From positions 2,115 to 66,114 of the forward strand of contig PYJA01000119.1 in the NCBI GenBank assembly GCA_003635185.1: 64,000 nucleotides of DNA, given 5' to 3'. The stretch is from Candidatus Poribacteria bacterium. GTDB taxonomy: Bacteria; Poribacteria; WGA-4E; WGA-3G. Of the stretch, positions 44,994 to 53,979 are shown piece by piece; position 1 is the first letter of the stretch; the number at the start of each line of letters is the position of its first letter. Under the pieces are notes generated by a model, which had not been told where the DNA came from, made no database searches, and saw nothing but the letters and a program-made list of their open reading frames with translations. The position numbers and the translations under genes were made by a program.

Positions 44994-45764
44994 ATGGTAA
45001 ATAAAACGAAAGACAAATCGCCCACACCAGTTTTCGTCTCCTGGTCTTCAGGTAAAGATTCAGCGTGGGCACTCCATACCTTGCGGCAACACCCAGAACG
45101 ATACGATGTCCGCGGAATCTTTACCACCGTCACAAAGACATTTGACCGTGTCTCTATTCACTCCACACCTGCATGGGTTTTGAAACAGCAAGCAGAGAGA
45201 CTTGGCGTACCGTTGTATGAGATACCGATTCCATATCCTTGCTCAAACGAAATATATGAAGCAGCGATGCGAAAGTTTCTTGCAGAAGTAGAAGCGTTGC
45301 CTGATAATATAACCGCTTCACATTTCGCTTTTGGAGATCTGTTCCTTGAAGATATCCGCGCCTACCGAGAGGAGAAACTTAACGGTACTGGTTTCACACC
45401 AATTTTTCCGGTATGGGGTGAAGATACGACTTTACTTGCACAAAAAATGATTGCGTCTGGCATGCGTGCGATTGTCACTGCCCTCAATCCGACCAAAGTT
45501 CCCGCGGATTTTGCAGGACGCTGGTTTGATGCAGAATTCCTTGCAGATTTGCCCGATGATATAGACCCGCTCGGTGAAAACGGTGAGTTCCATACATGCG
45601 TTGTTGATGGACCGATGTTTCGCTCGCCAATTGCTGCAAAACCTGGGAAAATAGTACAGAGAGATATTGTTTCTGCCTCTAAAGACGAAGATGACAAAAT
45701 CCACACCAGTAGTCCTAATCCTCCGACTTATGTCTATGCAGACGTAGTACCTGTTGACACGTAG
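44994..45764 (+). CDS. Dph6/MJ0570-like ATP pyrophosphatase (adenine-nucleotide alpha-hydrolase, DUF71)
   Basis: PP-loop-like VSWSSGKDS near the N-terminus. GDLFLEDIRAYRE and GENGEFHT motifs of the diphthine-ammonia-ligase-like family. The start is set at ATG 44994. Confidence 0.65.
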   Translation: MVNKTKDKSPTPVFVSWSSGKDSAWALHTLRQHPERYDVRGIFTTVTKTFDRVSIHSTPAWVLKQQAERLGVPLYEIPIPYPCSNEIYEAAMRKFLAEVEALPDNITASHFAFGDLFLEDIRAYREEKLNGTGFTPIFPVWGEDTTLLAQKMIASGMRAIVTALNPTKVPADFAGRWFDAEFLADLPDDIDPLGENGEFHTCVVDGPMFRSPIAAKPGKIVQRDIVSASKDEDDKIHTSSPNPPTYVYADVVPVDT

Positions 45765-45815
45765 GTCAGGTTGAGGAACGAAACCCAACCTACAAGACTT
45801 GATCGGCGCGCTTAC

Positions 45816-45942
45816 ATGAAGATAAAAAAATAAATTGGGTAATTTAGCGAGGTTAGGAAACCTCGCCAGCAGCAAGTGTACATCTCTGCTGGCGAGGTTT
45901 CCTAACCTTGCCAAATTACCGAATTAATAACTTAAACTTCAT
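45816..45942. mobile_element. family B MITE, complete palindromic copy (127 bp)
   Basis: atgaagataaaaaaataaattgggtaatttagcgaggttaggaaacctcgccagcag - 13-nt centre - ctgctggcgaggtttcctaaccttgccaaattaccgaattaataacttaaacttcat. Confidence 0.8.
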
Positions 45943-46044
45943 CAAAGCGCGCCTACCGTTTGTGTGTAAGTCCTATTTGTGCAGAATTATGCACCCGATT
46001 CACCGTGTCGTGGCATCACTATAGGGTGAAATCGGAGGTGATCC

Positions 46045-48984
46045 ATGAAAAACAATGACATGCAATTAATCCACCGGACTCTTGATGGCGATGATGCTGC
46101 TTTCGCGGAACTTGTCCAAAAATATCAAAAACAGGTTCACGCGCTTGTGTGGCGGAAAATCGGAGATTTTCACATAGCCGAAGAGATTACACAGGATACA
46201 TTTCTGAAAGCATATCAGAAATTAAGCACGCTTAAGAAACCGCAGCGTTTTGCAAGTTGGCTTTATGTAATTGCAGCGAACCGTTGCAACATGTGGTTAC
46301 GTAAAAAGCATTTGCGTAAGCAGTTGTTAGCGGACAAGGACGTTGCACAACCCGAAAAAGCGAGCTATTCTGAGTATGTGCATGAAGAAAACGAGCGTAT
46401 ATCTGGAGAAGCACAACGCGATGTTGTCAAGAAACTGCTTGCGAAGCTTAGGGAAAGTGAACGCACCGTGGTGACGTTGCATTACTTCGGAGAAATGTCG
46501 TGTACAGAGATAGGCGCGTTTTTAGGTATATCCGCAAATACGGTGAAGAGTAGACTTCGCCGCGCACAGCAGCGTTTAAAAAGAGAGGAAATAATGATAA
46601 GAGAGGCTTTAGACAATTTCAAAATCTCACCAAATTTGACAGAAACCATCATGCGTGAGATTTCTCGGACCAAACCTGCTACACCGTCCGGCAGTAAACC
46701 GTTAGTGCCGTGGGCAGTAACTGCTTCTACGGTAGCAGTGGTGTTGCTCATGCTCGGTTTTGGAAATAGCAAATACTTGACTCGTTTTCAGAAACCTTAC
46801 AGTTTAAATGCCACCGCAGAGATAACGGTTGAGATCGTTGATGCGCCTATAGTCGCGAACTTAGAATCTAAGCCAATTGTGCGGAGGCAAATCGTAAGTG
46901 CTAACGCACTGGATAAGCTCAATAATCCTGAACAGCAACCGAATGATGCCTCGGAATATGATGAGTCAATTATAGATACTGCCCTTGATCTTGATGGAAG
47001 TTTAAGTTGTGTAGAAATCAAGGACAGTGAAACTTTAAACAATATTACGGAACAGTTGACGGTGTCGTTATGGATTAGACCGACCAGTACCCCAAACAGA
47101 TACGCTACTATTTTATCCAAAAGCGATCTGTGGGAAGACCGTATCACACATAGAAGTTTCATCATGTATTATAAAGAAAGTGGTTCAATCCAATTTGCTG
47201 CATCTCCCGACGGCGTAGGAGAAGCATCCCTTTATTCTCCATATAGCGTCATCAAACATAACACATGGACGCATGTGGCGGGAGTTATTGACGCAGAAAA
47301 GAATTACATGAAACTTTATATTGATGGAGTTGAAGTCAGTAGCAGAGATTTTAAATGGATTAAAAAGATTTATAAAAGCCATCTCCCACTACGTATTGGG
47401 TGGTCGCATGAAAATAGGCCTGCTCAGTCTCCTTTTGTCGGACAAATTGACGACGTGCGTATCTGGAACATTGCACGCTCTGATGCTGACATCCGAAAGG
47501 ATATGATCACCGAACTTAAGGGTGATGAACCCGGTTTAGTTGGCTATTGGAAATTTAACAAAATAACAGACGGAATCATCTCGGATATGTCACCAAATCG
47601 TAATGATGGTAGACTGGTAGGCAATCCAAAACTGACTGAATACATCCGTCCAGCTTCTGCCTTGACCGGTGAGGAGCAACTTGCAAAAGCAGCAGTTGCA
47701 TATCAAAAACTACTTTCTGATGGGACAAACTATTATGAAGCGTTCCGCTATCTTGCCGAAATATATATCAAAACCGAGCGTTTCGCGGATGCAGAAAAGG
47801 TCTATTTACGTGCATTAGAGGTAGACCTCACACAAAGCGAACAAAACGATGCAATTAGTGACCTCTGGAAACTATACGCTAAGAGAGATGCAATAGAGGA
47901 ATTCATTGCGCTCCTTGAAGAACTGAAACCAAGAATGGAAGGAAGTTCCGCTCTACACGAACTATTAGGTGATGCTTACATAGATGTTGGTGAAAAAGAC
48001 AAAGCTGAACTTGCTTATACACAGTGGATTAACATCCGAATAAAAGAGGTTGACGTACAAAATCGTTCAGCTGCATATCGCAATCTTGCTGAAGAACTGC
48101 TTAGGAAAAATCTATTTCCTGAAAAAGCGTTGGAATTGGCAGAAAACGCTTTCAATATGTTATCGGGGACAAAGTATAAGATTACTCTTGCACATGCATT
48201 TCTCGTGAATGAGATGTATGAAAACGCTTTCCAACGCATCCATAGTTTTCTAAACTCGGGATATTATGAATATACAGAGCGAGACATGTTCGCAAGGATT
48301 GTTAAAGCAGGAAAAAATATCAAAGACGAAGACGGATATGTCGAAATGTTAAACAATCTAATTGATGTTTCTGAATTAGATCTTCCTGCACAATTAAATG
48401 CCATCATGGCTTTAGCCCAATTCTATAAAGCAAATAACCAGCATGAAAAAGCTGATGCACTTATGCAAAAAACAGGTTTTATGACTGAAGATGCATGGAT
48501 GATTCTCGGGCCATTCGATAACCATGGCAGAATTGGCTTTAATACAGAATACATCCCAGAAAACTTACCGCAGATTGATACCACCGTAAAATACGATGGG
48601 AAAAATGGACAAGTCCGTTGGCAAAAATGTCCCGATGATTTCATAGACGGTTATATCCGGACTCTACCTAACGTTAATTGGAGTGTTGCTTATGCTTTCG
48701 CAACTATTCATTCTCCAGACGAACGGAAAGTTGAATTACGTTTTGACTCCGATGACCAAGGTAAAGTATGGGTAAACGGTATACAGGTGCATGCACATAC
48801 AAGAACTTATGCCACAGATATTGATAGAGACATTATTCCTGTGACGCTCTTTCCAGGAAACAATAGTATCCTCATCAAGGTGTGTGAAGAAACCAGAGGT
48901 TCGGGATTTTACCTGCGAATCACTGACGAAAATGGAAAACCTTTTGATGATTTAGTATTTTCTAATTCAGCTGGGGAACGCTAA
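46045..48984 (+). CDS. ECF-type sigma factor fused to TM helix, LamG, TPR and beta-jelly-roll domains
   Basis: 979 aa. Sigma region 2 (FAELVQKYQKQVHALVWRKIGDFHIAEEITQDTFLKAY..WLYVIAANRCNMWLRKK). Region 4 (RTVVTLHYFGEMSCTEIGAFLGISANTVKSRLRRAQQRLK). TM helix at aa 219-239. LamG motif (LYIDGVEV...FVGQIDDVRIWN). TPR-like helical repeats. C-terminal beta-sandwich. Confidence 0.8.
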   Translation: MKNNDMQLIHRTLDGDDAAFAELVQKYQKQVHALVWRKIGDFHIAEEITQDTFLKAYQKLSTLKKPQRFASWLYVIAANRCNMWLRKKHLRKQLLADKDVAQPEKASYSEYVHEENERISGEAQRDVVKKLLAKLRESERTVVTLHYFGEMSCTEIGAFLGISANTVKSRLRRAQQRLKREEIMIREALDNFKISPNLTETIMREISRTKPATPSGSKPLVPWAVTASTVAVVLLMLGFGNSKYLTRFQKPYSLNATAEITVEIVDAPIVANLESKPIVRRQIVSANALDKLNNPEQQPNDASEYDESIIDTALDLDGSLSCVEIKDSETLNNITEQLTVSLWIRPTSTPNRYATILSKSDLWEDRITHRSFIMYYKESGSIQFAASPDGVGEASLYSPYSVIKHNTWTHVAGVIDAEKNYMKLYIDGVEVSSRDFKWIKKIYKSHLPLRIGWSHENRPAQSPFVGQIDDVRIWNIARSDADIRKDMITELKGDEPGLVGYWKFNKITDGIISDMSPNRNDGRLVGNPKLTEYIRPASALTGEEQLAKAAVAYQKLLSDGTNYYEAFRYLAEIYIKTERFADAEKVYLRALEVDLTQSEQNDAISDLWKLYAKRDAIEEFIALLEELKPRMEGSSALHELLGDAYIDVGEKDKAELAYTQWINIRIKEVDVQNRSAAYRNLAEELLRKNLFPEKALELAENAFNMLSGTKYKITLAHAFLVNEMYENAFQRIHSFLNSGYYEYTERDMFARIVKAGKNIKDEDGYVEMLNNLIDVSELDLPAQLNAIMALAQFYKANNQHEKADALMQKTGFMTEDAWMILGPFDNHGRIGFNTEYIPENLPQIDTTVKYDGKNGQVRWQKCPDDFIDGYIRTLPNVNWSVAYAFATIHSPDERKVELRFDSDDQGKVWVNGIQVHAHTRTYATDIDRDIIPVTLFPGNNSILIKVCEETRGSGFYLRITDENGKPFDDLVFSNSAGER

Positions 48985-49016
48985 ATCCCGCACTAACAAC
49001 ACAGAGGAAGGACGTA

Positions 49017-49529
49017 ATGCGAAAATATTTGATTGGCTTATTGATAATGGGTATATCTCTAAGTCTTATTGCTTTGTCTTTGGAGGGTATACCCGGAAAC
49101 GAGACGACCCCTGTCCCAAAAATAAAGGTCTATGTGAAAGTCAAGGCAGAAACTGACGACATCAAAAAGCACGGTGAAGATGCTGTACTTGAGGCAATCA
49201 AGACACTTGATAATGTAGACCCCGTTTTAAAATACGATAAAGATGTCAGATACACGTTGACAATAGCATTCTTAGAACCCCGAAAGAGTCCGACAGAAAA
49301 AGTGGAAAACATCGCAGCATCGGTGCAGTTCATTCGTTATTTTGACAATAGCGTTCTTAGAAAACACGTAGCAACTGTAAACTGGGACTTTGTAAACCGT
49401 AAAACCTACAATCTGATAAATGACACTCAAATCGGGCTGTTACTATTTTCAAAACAACCCGGTGAAATGGAAAAAACGGCTAATGTTGTGGTGAAAACAC
49501 TACAGAAATATATTGCAGAAAACGAGTGA
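49017..49529 (+). CDS. hypothetical secreted protein
   Basis: 170 aa. GAGGAAGG upstream. Signal/anchor (LIGLLIMGISLSLIALSL). No family recognised. Confidence 0.4.
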   Translation: MRKYLIGLLIMGISLSLIALSLEGIPGNETTPVPKIKVYVKVKAETDDIKKHGEDAVLEAIKTLDNVDPVLKYDKDVRYTLTIAFLEPRKSPTEKVENIAASVQFIRYFDNSVLRKHVATVNWDFVNRKTYNLINDTQIGLLLFSKQPGEMEKTANVVVKTLQKYIAENE

Positions 49530-49773
49530 TATAACCATATTTTTTGGTACTACCATTCAAAATAACTTTGCTACAAACATTAGCAGACTTTGCAAAAGCA
49601 ATGGTGGAATTGAACTGTGGGATATTGAAACTGGAGACAAACTCACTACACTTGATGGGCATTCAGCACCAGTAGAGACGCTGGTATTTTCACCTGATGG
49701 CAAAACGCTTGTTAGTGCGGGATATGATGGCACAATTCTTGTGTGGGATTGGGAGGAAGTCCTCAAGGGTTAG
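49513..49773 (+). pseudogene. WD40-repeat gene remnant (C-terminal 1.5 repeats only)
   Basis: IELWDIETGDKLTTLDGHSAPVETLVFSPDGKTLVSAGYDGTILVWDW is a canonical WD40 blade. There is no upstream propeller and no credible start. Confidence 0.55.
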
Positions 49774-49884
49774 GGTTATTTAGTTTTAAAAACACTCAGT
49801 TATCAAGTTAACTGCAAGTTTAGGTTTTGAAGCATAATATTTTATCTTAGATACCTCGCTTTAAAAATAGCAGCAGTAGGATCA

Positions 49885-51648
49885 TTAATCCGGGTCATAC
49901 TCAGACGCTAACACATAAAGGAAGTGGCAAGTTAGTTTTGCTGTTTCTTTATTCTTTTGATTTTCTGAATCTTCTTGCCAATCAAATTCCAATCGTGAAC
50001 CTGCAGATAAGAAGATAGGTTTCTGGTAATAGTAAATATCTTGCCATTTAAAGTCTGATGCCTTAATCCAAAGCATCTTAATATCTTCACCTGTTGGGGT
50101 TTTGGCAACAATTCGCATTTCATGTTCATAAGTATTGATAGATGGATACACAGCGAAAACATAAACGTCGGATGTGAACTTGCATGAAGAGAACGCATTA
50201 TGCGGATTTAAATCTCTTGGTGCCTTAGTTAGTTGGTTTGTGAGAGTTACCTTATGCAACTGTGCTGTTTTCGGCGTTTTTGAAAAATAGAATCCTACCC
50301 GCAAACCGTTGTGTTCCTGATGATCTGCATTGTGATATGCTACGCTTAAGATTATATGCCTCTCCTTCGGCAACAGATACCCGACACCTTCTGGTAGAAG
50401 CACAGGAGCAAAACCAGGTGTACATACACCAGATGTACCCTTTTTTCTAAAATTAGGGTCTACTCCTATTGAAATTATAGGAGGTCCATTAAGTCTATCA
50501 GTTTGCATTGTAAAGATTTTTGAACCAACAGTTGCGGTAACACCACGCACTGTTTTATTTTTTTCTAATTGAAAATCTATTCCTCGTAAATAAATATCTT
50601 TTAGAAAATTATCTGTAATGACAATTGAGTTGTAGTAATTTCTATATTCCTCGGAGGTATCAATTATCCAATCTGGTTTTCCGAGTGGCCATACATTTGA
50701 AGATTGTGCAGTAGGTGAATCGTTGATTTTAGTGCCTTCTGGGGCACCTATTTTCACCCAATTTGCTATCATCTCAATTTCTGTTTCTGTGAGTCGTCGT
50801 TCGTTCTTGAAATCACCGTAACCACGTACCGGTTTCCACGGCGGCATCAGGCGCTTTTGTGTCTGTTCGCTAATTTTGGCAGCGTGTGTTTTCACATCGT
50901 CATAATCCGTAAATGTGAATGGTGCAATTCCATTCTGATGGTGACAAATTTGACAGTGTTTTTGGAGGATGGGTGCGATGTGTTCGCTATAGGTAATCTG
51001 CTTTTCGACGGGCAGGTCGGGGAGATGGATTGTGCATCCGAATGCCGCTGTCTCCTCCACAGGCACAAGTTTTCCACTGACGATTGCAACGAGGGCATCT
51101 TTCAAATAATGATGTTTTATCCGTGTTTCATAGCGATTATCGTCAATTGAGCCACGGTAGCGGAGAACACCAGACGTGTCAATTAGATGTGCTTGCGGGG
51201 TCATCGTTGCACCGATATGGCGTGCTAAACTACCATCTTTATCCTTCACAATCGGGAATAGGTATTCTGCCCTTGCAATATATGCCTTGACATCTTCCAC
51301 AGAGTCGTTTTCATTAGAATAGACACCGATAAGGGTAACATGTTTATCAGCAAATTCCGCATGCATCCGCTTCAACCGCATCGCGTATCTCTGTGCGACA
51401 GGACATTCTGTAGAGAGAAACACAAAGACAACCGGCCCCTGCTGCACGAATGAGGATAAAGTGTGTTTCTTGCTATGTAATGTTGTAAATGTAATATCCG
51501 ATATTTTACTACCGAGCGGTACAGTTCTCGATTGTGGCGATTTCTCTTGGATAACACGATGTTTTTTAGGTATTGTATAGTCTGCTTGTGCGTGTGCTGC
51601 TAATGGCAAAGCAAGTATGAGTAGGATAATTGCAATTTTGTGTGTCAT
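49885..51648 (-). CDS. secreted thioredoxin-fold (AhpC/TSA-like) - monohaem cytochrome c fusion with C-terminal beta-sandwich
   Basis: 587 aa. Signal peptide. Redoxin segment (VVFVFLSTECPVAQRY). CQICH haem-binding motif in HIAPILQKHCQICHHQNG...MPPWKP, which resembles the planctomycete PSCyt type. Confidence 0.65.
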   Translation of the reverse strand: MTHKIAIILLILALPLAAHAQADYTIPKKHRVIQEKSPQSRTVPLGSKISDITFTTLHSKKHTLSSFVQQGPVVFVFLSTECPVAQRYAMRLKRMHAEFADKHVTLIGVYSNENDSVEDVKAYIARAEYLFPIVKDKDGSLARHIGATMTPQAHLIDTSGVLRYRGSIDDNRYETRIKHHYLKDALVAIVSGKLVPVEETAAFGCTIHLPDLPVEKQITYSEHIAPILQKHCQICHHQNGIAPFTFTDYDDVKTHAAKISEQTQKRLMPPWKPVRGYGDFKNERRLTETEIEMIANWVKIGAPEGTKINDSPTAQSSNVWPLGKPDWIIDTSEEYRNYYNSIVITDNFLKDIYLRGIDFQLEKNKTVRGVTATVGSKIFTMQTDRLNGPPIISIGVDPNFRKKGTSGVCTPGFAPVLLPEGVGYLLPKERHIILSVAYHNADHQEHNGLRVGFYFSKTPKTAQLHKVTLTNQLTKAPRDLNPHNAFSSCKFTSDVYVFAVYPSINTYEHEMRIVAKTPTGEDIKMLWIKASDFKWQDIYYYQKPIFLSAGSRLEFDWQEDSENQKNKETAKLTCHFLYVLASEYDPD

Positions 51649-51686
51649 CGGTGTCCGCTGCTATTGGTATTTTTATGTGGCAATCG

Positions 51687-53297
51687 TTATTCTTCTATGA
51701 AACCGCGCAGGCGATGGCTTCTGACTGGATGGCGAAGTTTGCGGAGAGCTTTCGCCTCAATTTGGCGGATCCGTTCTCGAGTAACACCAAAAACGGTCCC
51801 TACTTCTTCAAGCGTTTTTGGGTAACCGGTCGTAATACAAAGGGCAGCAATCCGTTCACGAGTCGGTTCAGACAACAGTGGATTAACGGAATCGTCTTCA
51901 ATACCGAATCGGAGCATAATCACTTCTCGTTCCCGTTCAGTCAGATCGGCGAGTGCCTCTTGAATACGTTCTTTGAGGATGCTAAGTTCAGCTTCTGTGG
52001 CTGGTGACAGCACACTCGTATCTTCAATGAAATCCCCCAATTGGCTGTCATCATCATCGTCTCCGATTGGTGTTTCTAATGAGACAGTTTCCGGCACAAT
52101 CTTCAGAACTTCTCTAACTTTTTCCGCTGGAATTCCCATATCGGTAGCGAGCTCTTCAGGTGTAGGGCGACGTCCCAATTCCTGAATGAGTGAGCGTTCT
52201 GATCGCCTCATTTTATTTATTCTTTCATGCATGTGAACCGGAATACGGATAGTACGCCCCTGGTCTGCGATCGCACGACTAATACTCTGTTTTATCCACC
52301 AAGTGGCGTAAGTGCTAAACTTATAACCGCGGTGATAATCAAATTTGTCAACAGCTCTCATGAGACCGATGTTACCTTCTTGAATCAGATCGAGAAAATC
52401 AAGTCCAGGAGCCTGATGCCGATATTTTTTAGCGATACTAACAACTAACCTGAGATTCGCTTCAACGATTGCCATTTTGGCATCTTGCGCATTGGCTTCA
52501 CCGACACAAATTCGCTTAGTAGTTGCTTGAAGAGAGTCACGGGAGATACCGGCTGAGTATAAATACTGTTGGATTTCACGTTGGTAGCGGACAATATTAA
52601 TATACGCTTCTTTGGCAGCAACTGTTTTGAAATTATTAGCTTTGGCGTTAAGCCTTCCGTTCATCCATTCAGGGGGAATGTTATGTTGTTTTTGGAGCCG
52701 TGTGATTTCTTGTTCTCGTACACTAATATTCCGTTCAACCTCTTTGATTTGCCCTGAAATCTTGCTAATTTCTTCGCGGTCAATTTTGAGTTGTTCCAGA
52801 TGTTTAATAAAGGTAGCATGGCTTCCAACAGTTTCTAATTCCACGACTGAATTATTCTTAGCGGCTTCCTTGGCAGCAGCAAGATATTCCAGTTCTAAAG
52901 TTTCAATGGCTTCCATCATTTTTTCTACTTTTCCACGCAGCTTTCGCTCTTTATCACGGGTAGAGCTGCTTGAAACTGCCATATCAATAATATCAGAAGC
53001 CCGCCTTTTAGCAACGATAATTTTATACAGAAGTTTCCGCACCTCTGCGACAGCAAGGCGAGTTGAAAACGTAGCAACTTGTGCCTGGCGGATTCCCATT
53101 TCAATTTGCTTAGATAATTCAATTTCCTTATCTTTATCAATCAGCGGAACTTTTCCCATGTCGCGCAAATAGACTTTAATCATGTCCTCACGTTCACTGA
53201 TTTCCCCTGGAGCGAATTCCATAAAGTCATCAAATTCGGCTTGATCCACGTTATCAGATTCATTGAAATCAAGTAGATGTGTATTTCCTAAATTCAT
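51687..53297 (-). CDS. rpoD: primary RNA polymerase sigma factor RpoD
   Basis: 536 aa. Region 1.2 ([14 protein letters not shown]), region 2 ([44 protein letters not shown]), region 3, region 4.2 ([30 protein letters not shown]). Lies downstream of dnaG, as in the classical operon. Confidence 0.95.
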   Translation of the reverse strand: MNLGNTHLLDFNESDNVDQAEFDDFMEFAPGEISEREDMIKVYLRDMGKVPLIDKDKEIELSKQIEMGIRQAQVATFSTRLAVAEVRKLLYKIIVAKRRASDIIDMAVSSSSTRDKERKLRGKVEKMMEAIETLELEYLAAAKEAAKNNSVVELETVGSHATFIKHLEQLKIDREEISKISGQIKEVERNISVREQEITRLQKQHNIPPEWMNGRLNAKANNFKTVAAKEAYINIVRYQREIQQYLYSAGISRDSLQATTKRICVGEANAQDAKMAIVEANLRLVVSIAKKYRHQAPGLDFLDLIQEGNIGLMRAVDKFDYHRGYKFSTYATWWIKQSISRAIADQGRTIRIPVHMHERINKMRRSERSLIQELGRRPTPEELATDMGIPAEKVREVLKIVPETVSLETPIGDDDDDSQLGDFIEDTSVLSPATEAELSILKERIQEALADLTEREREVIMLRFGIEDDSVNPLLSEPTRERIAALCITTGYPKTLEEVGTVFGVTRERIRQIEAKALRKLRHPVRSHRLRGFIEE

Positions 53298-53424
53298 CAG
53301 TTAGTTCTCCTTTTGATGTCATTAGTAATGTCGGGGTTATCCTGTTCTTCGTTAGACTGTTGTAACAGTTTGAAAAATTTTCTATACAAAACCAAGACTG
53401 CAATTTGACAGGTTTACGAGTTTA

Positions 53425-53979
53425 CTAAGTGTCAAGATCATCGTTTCCTTCTGCTGAAGCGATAGCACGGGAAATACTTTGACGTATCCACCATGTAGCG
53501 TAGGTATTAAACTGGTAACCGCTTTGATAATCAAATTTGTCAATAGCTTTCATAAGACCGATGTTGCCTTCCTGAATCAGATCGAAAAATTCACGACCAT
53601 GAGTTTCCTGCCTAAATTTCTTAACGATGTTAACCACCAACCTGAGATTTGCTTTTACAATTGCCATTTTGGCATCTTGGGCATTAATGACGCTGGAGTC
53701 AATCTGCTTCGTAATAGCTTGTAGCTTATCGCGAGAGATGCAGAAAGTATTAATGTATTGTTTGATTTCGTGCTGATAACGGGCAATATTGAGATACGCT
53801 TCCTTAATAGCATCTGTTTCGAAATTATGGGTTTCGGCGTTGAACTCTCTATCAAACCATTCTACGGGGATATTATATTGCTTCATGAGGCGCGAAATTT
53901 CCTGTTCGCGTTCATTGATACTACGTTCAACTTCTTTAAACTGAAAATCGAGCGAGTGTGCATTTTCCAAAGTCATCAT
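53425..53979 (-). CDS. truncated rpoD paralogue (sigma-2 domain only); possible pseudogene
   Basis: The 184-aa intact ORF keeps the rpoD N-terminal 12 aa ([12 protein letters not shown]), then jumps to the non-conserved region and regions 2.1-2.4 ([42 protein letters not shown]), then stops. It lacks regions 1.2, 3 and 4. Confidence 0.6.
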   Translation of the reverse strand: MMTLENAHSLDFQFKEVERSINEREQEISRLMKQYNIPVEWFDREFNAETHNFETDAIKEAYLNIARYQHEIKQYINTFCISRDKLQAITKQIDSSVINAQDAKMAIVKANLRLVVNIVKKFRQETHGREFFDLIQEGNIGLMKAIDKFDYQSGYQFNTYATWWIRQSISRAIASAEGNDDLDT

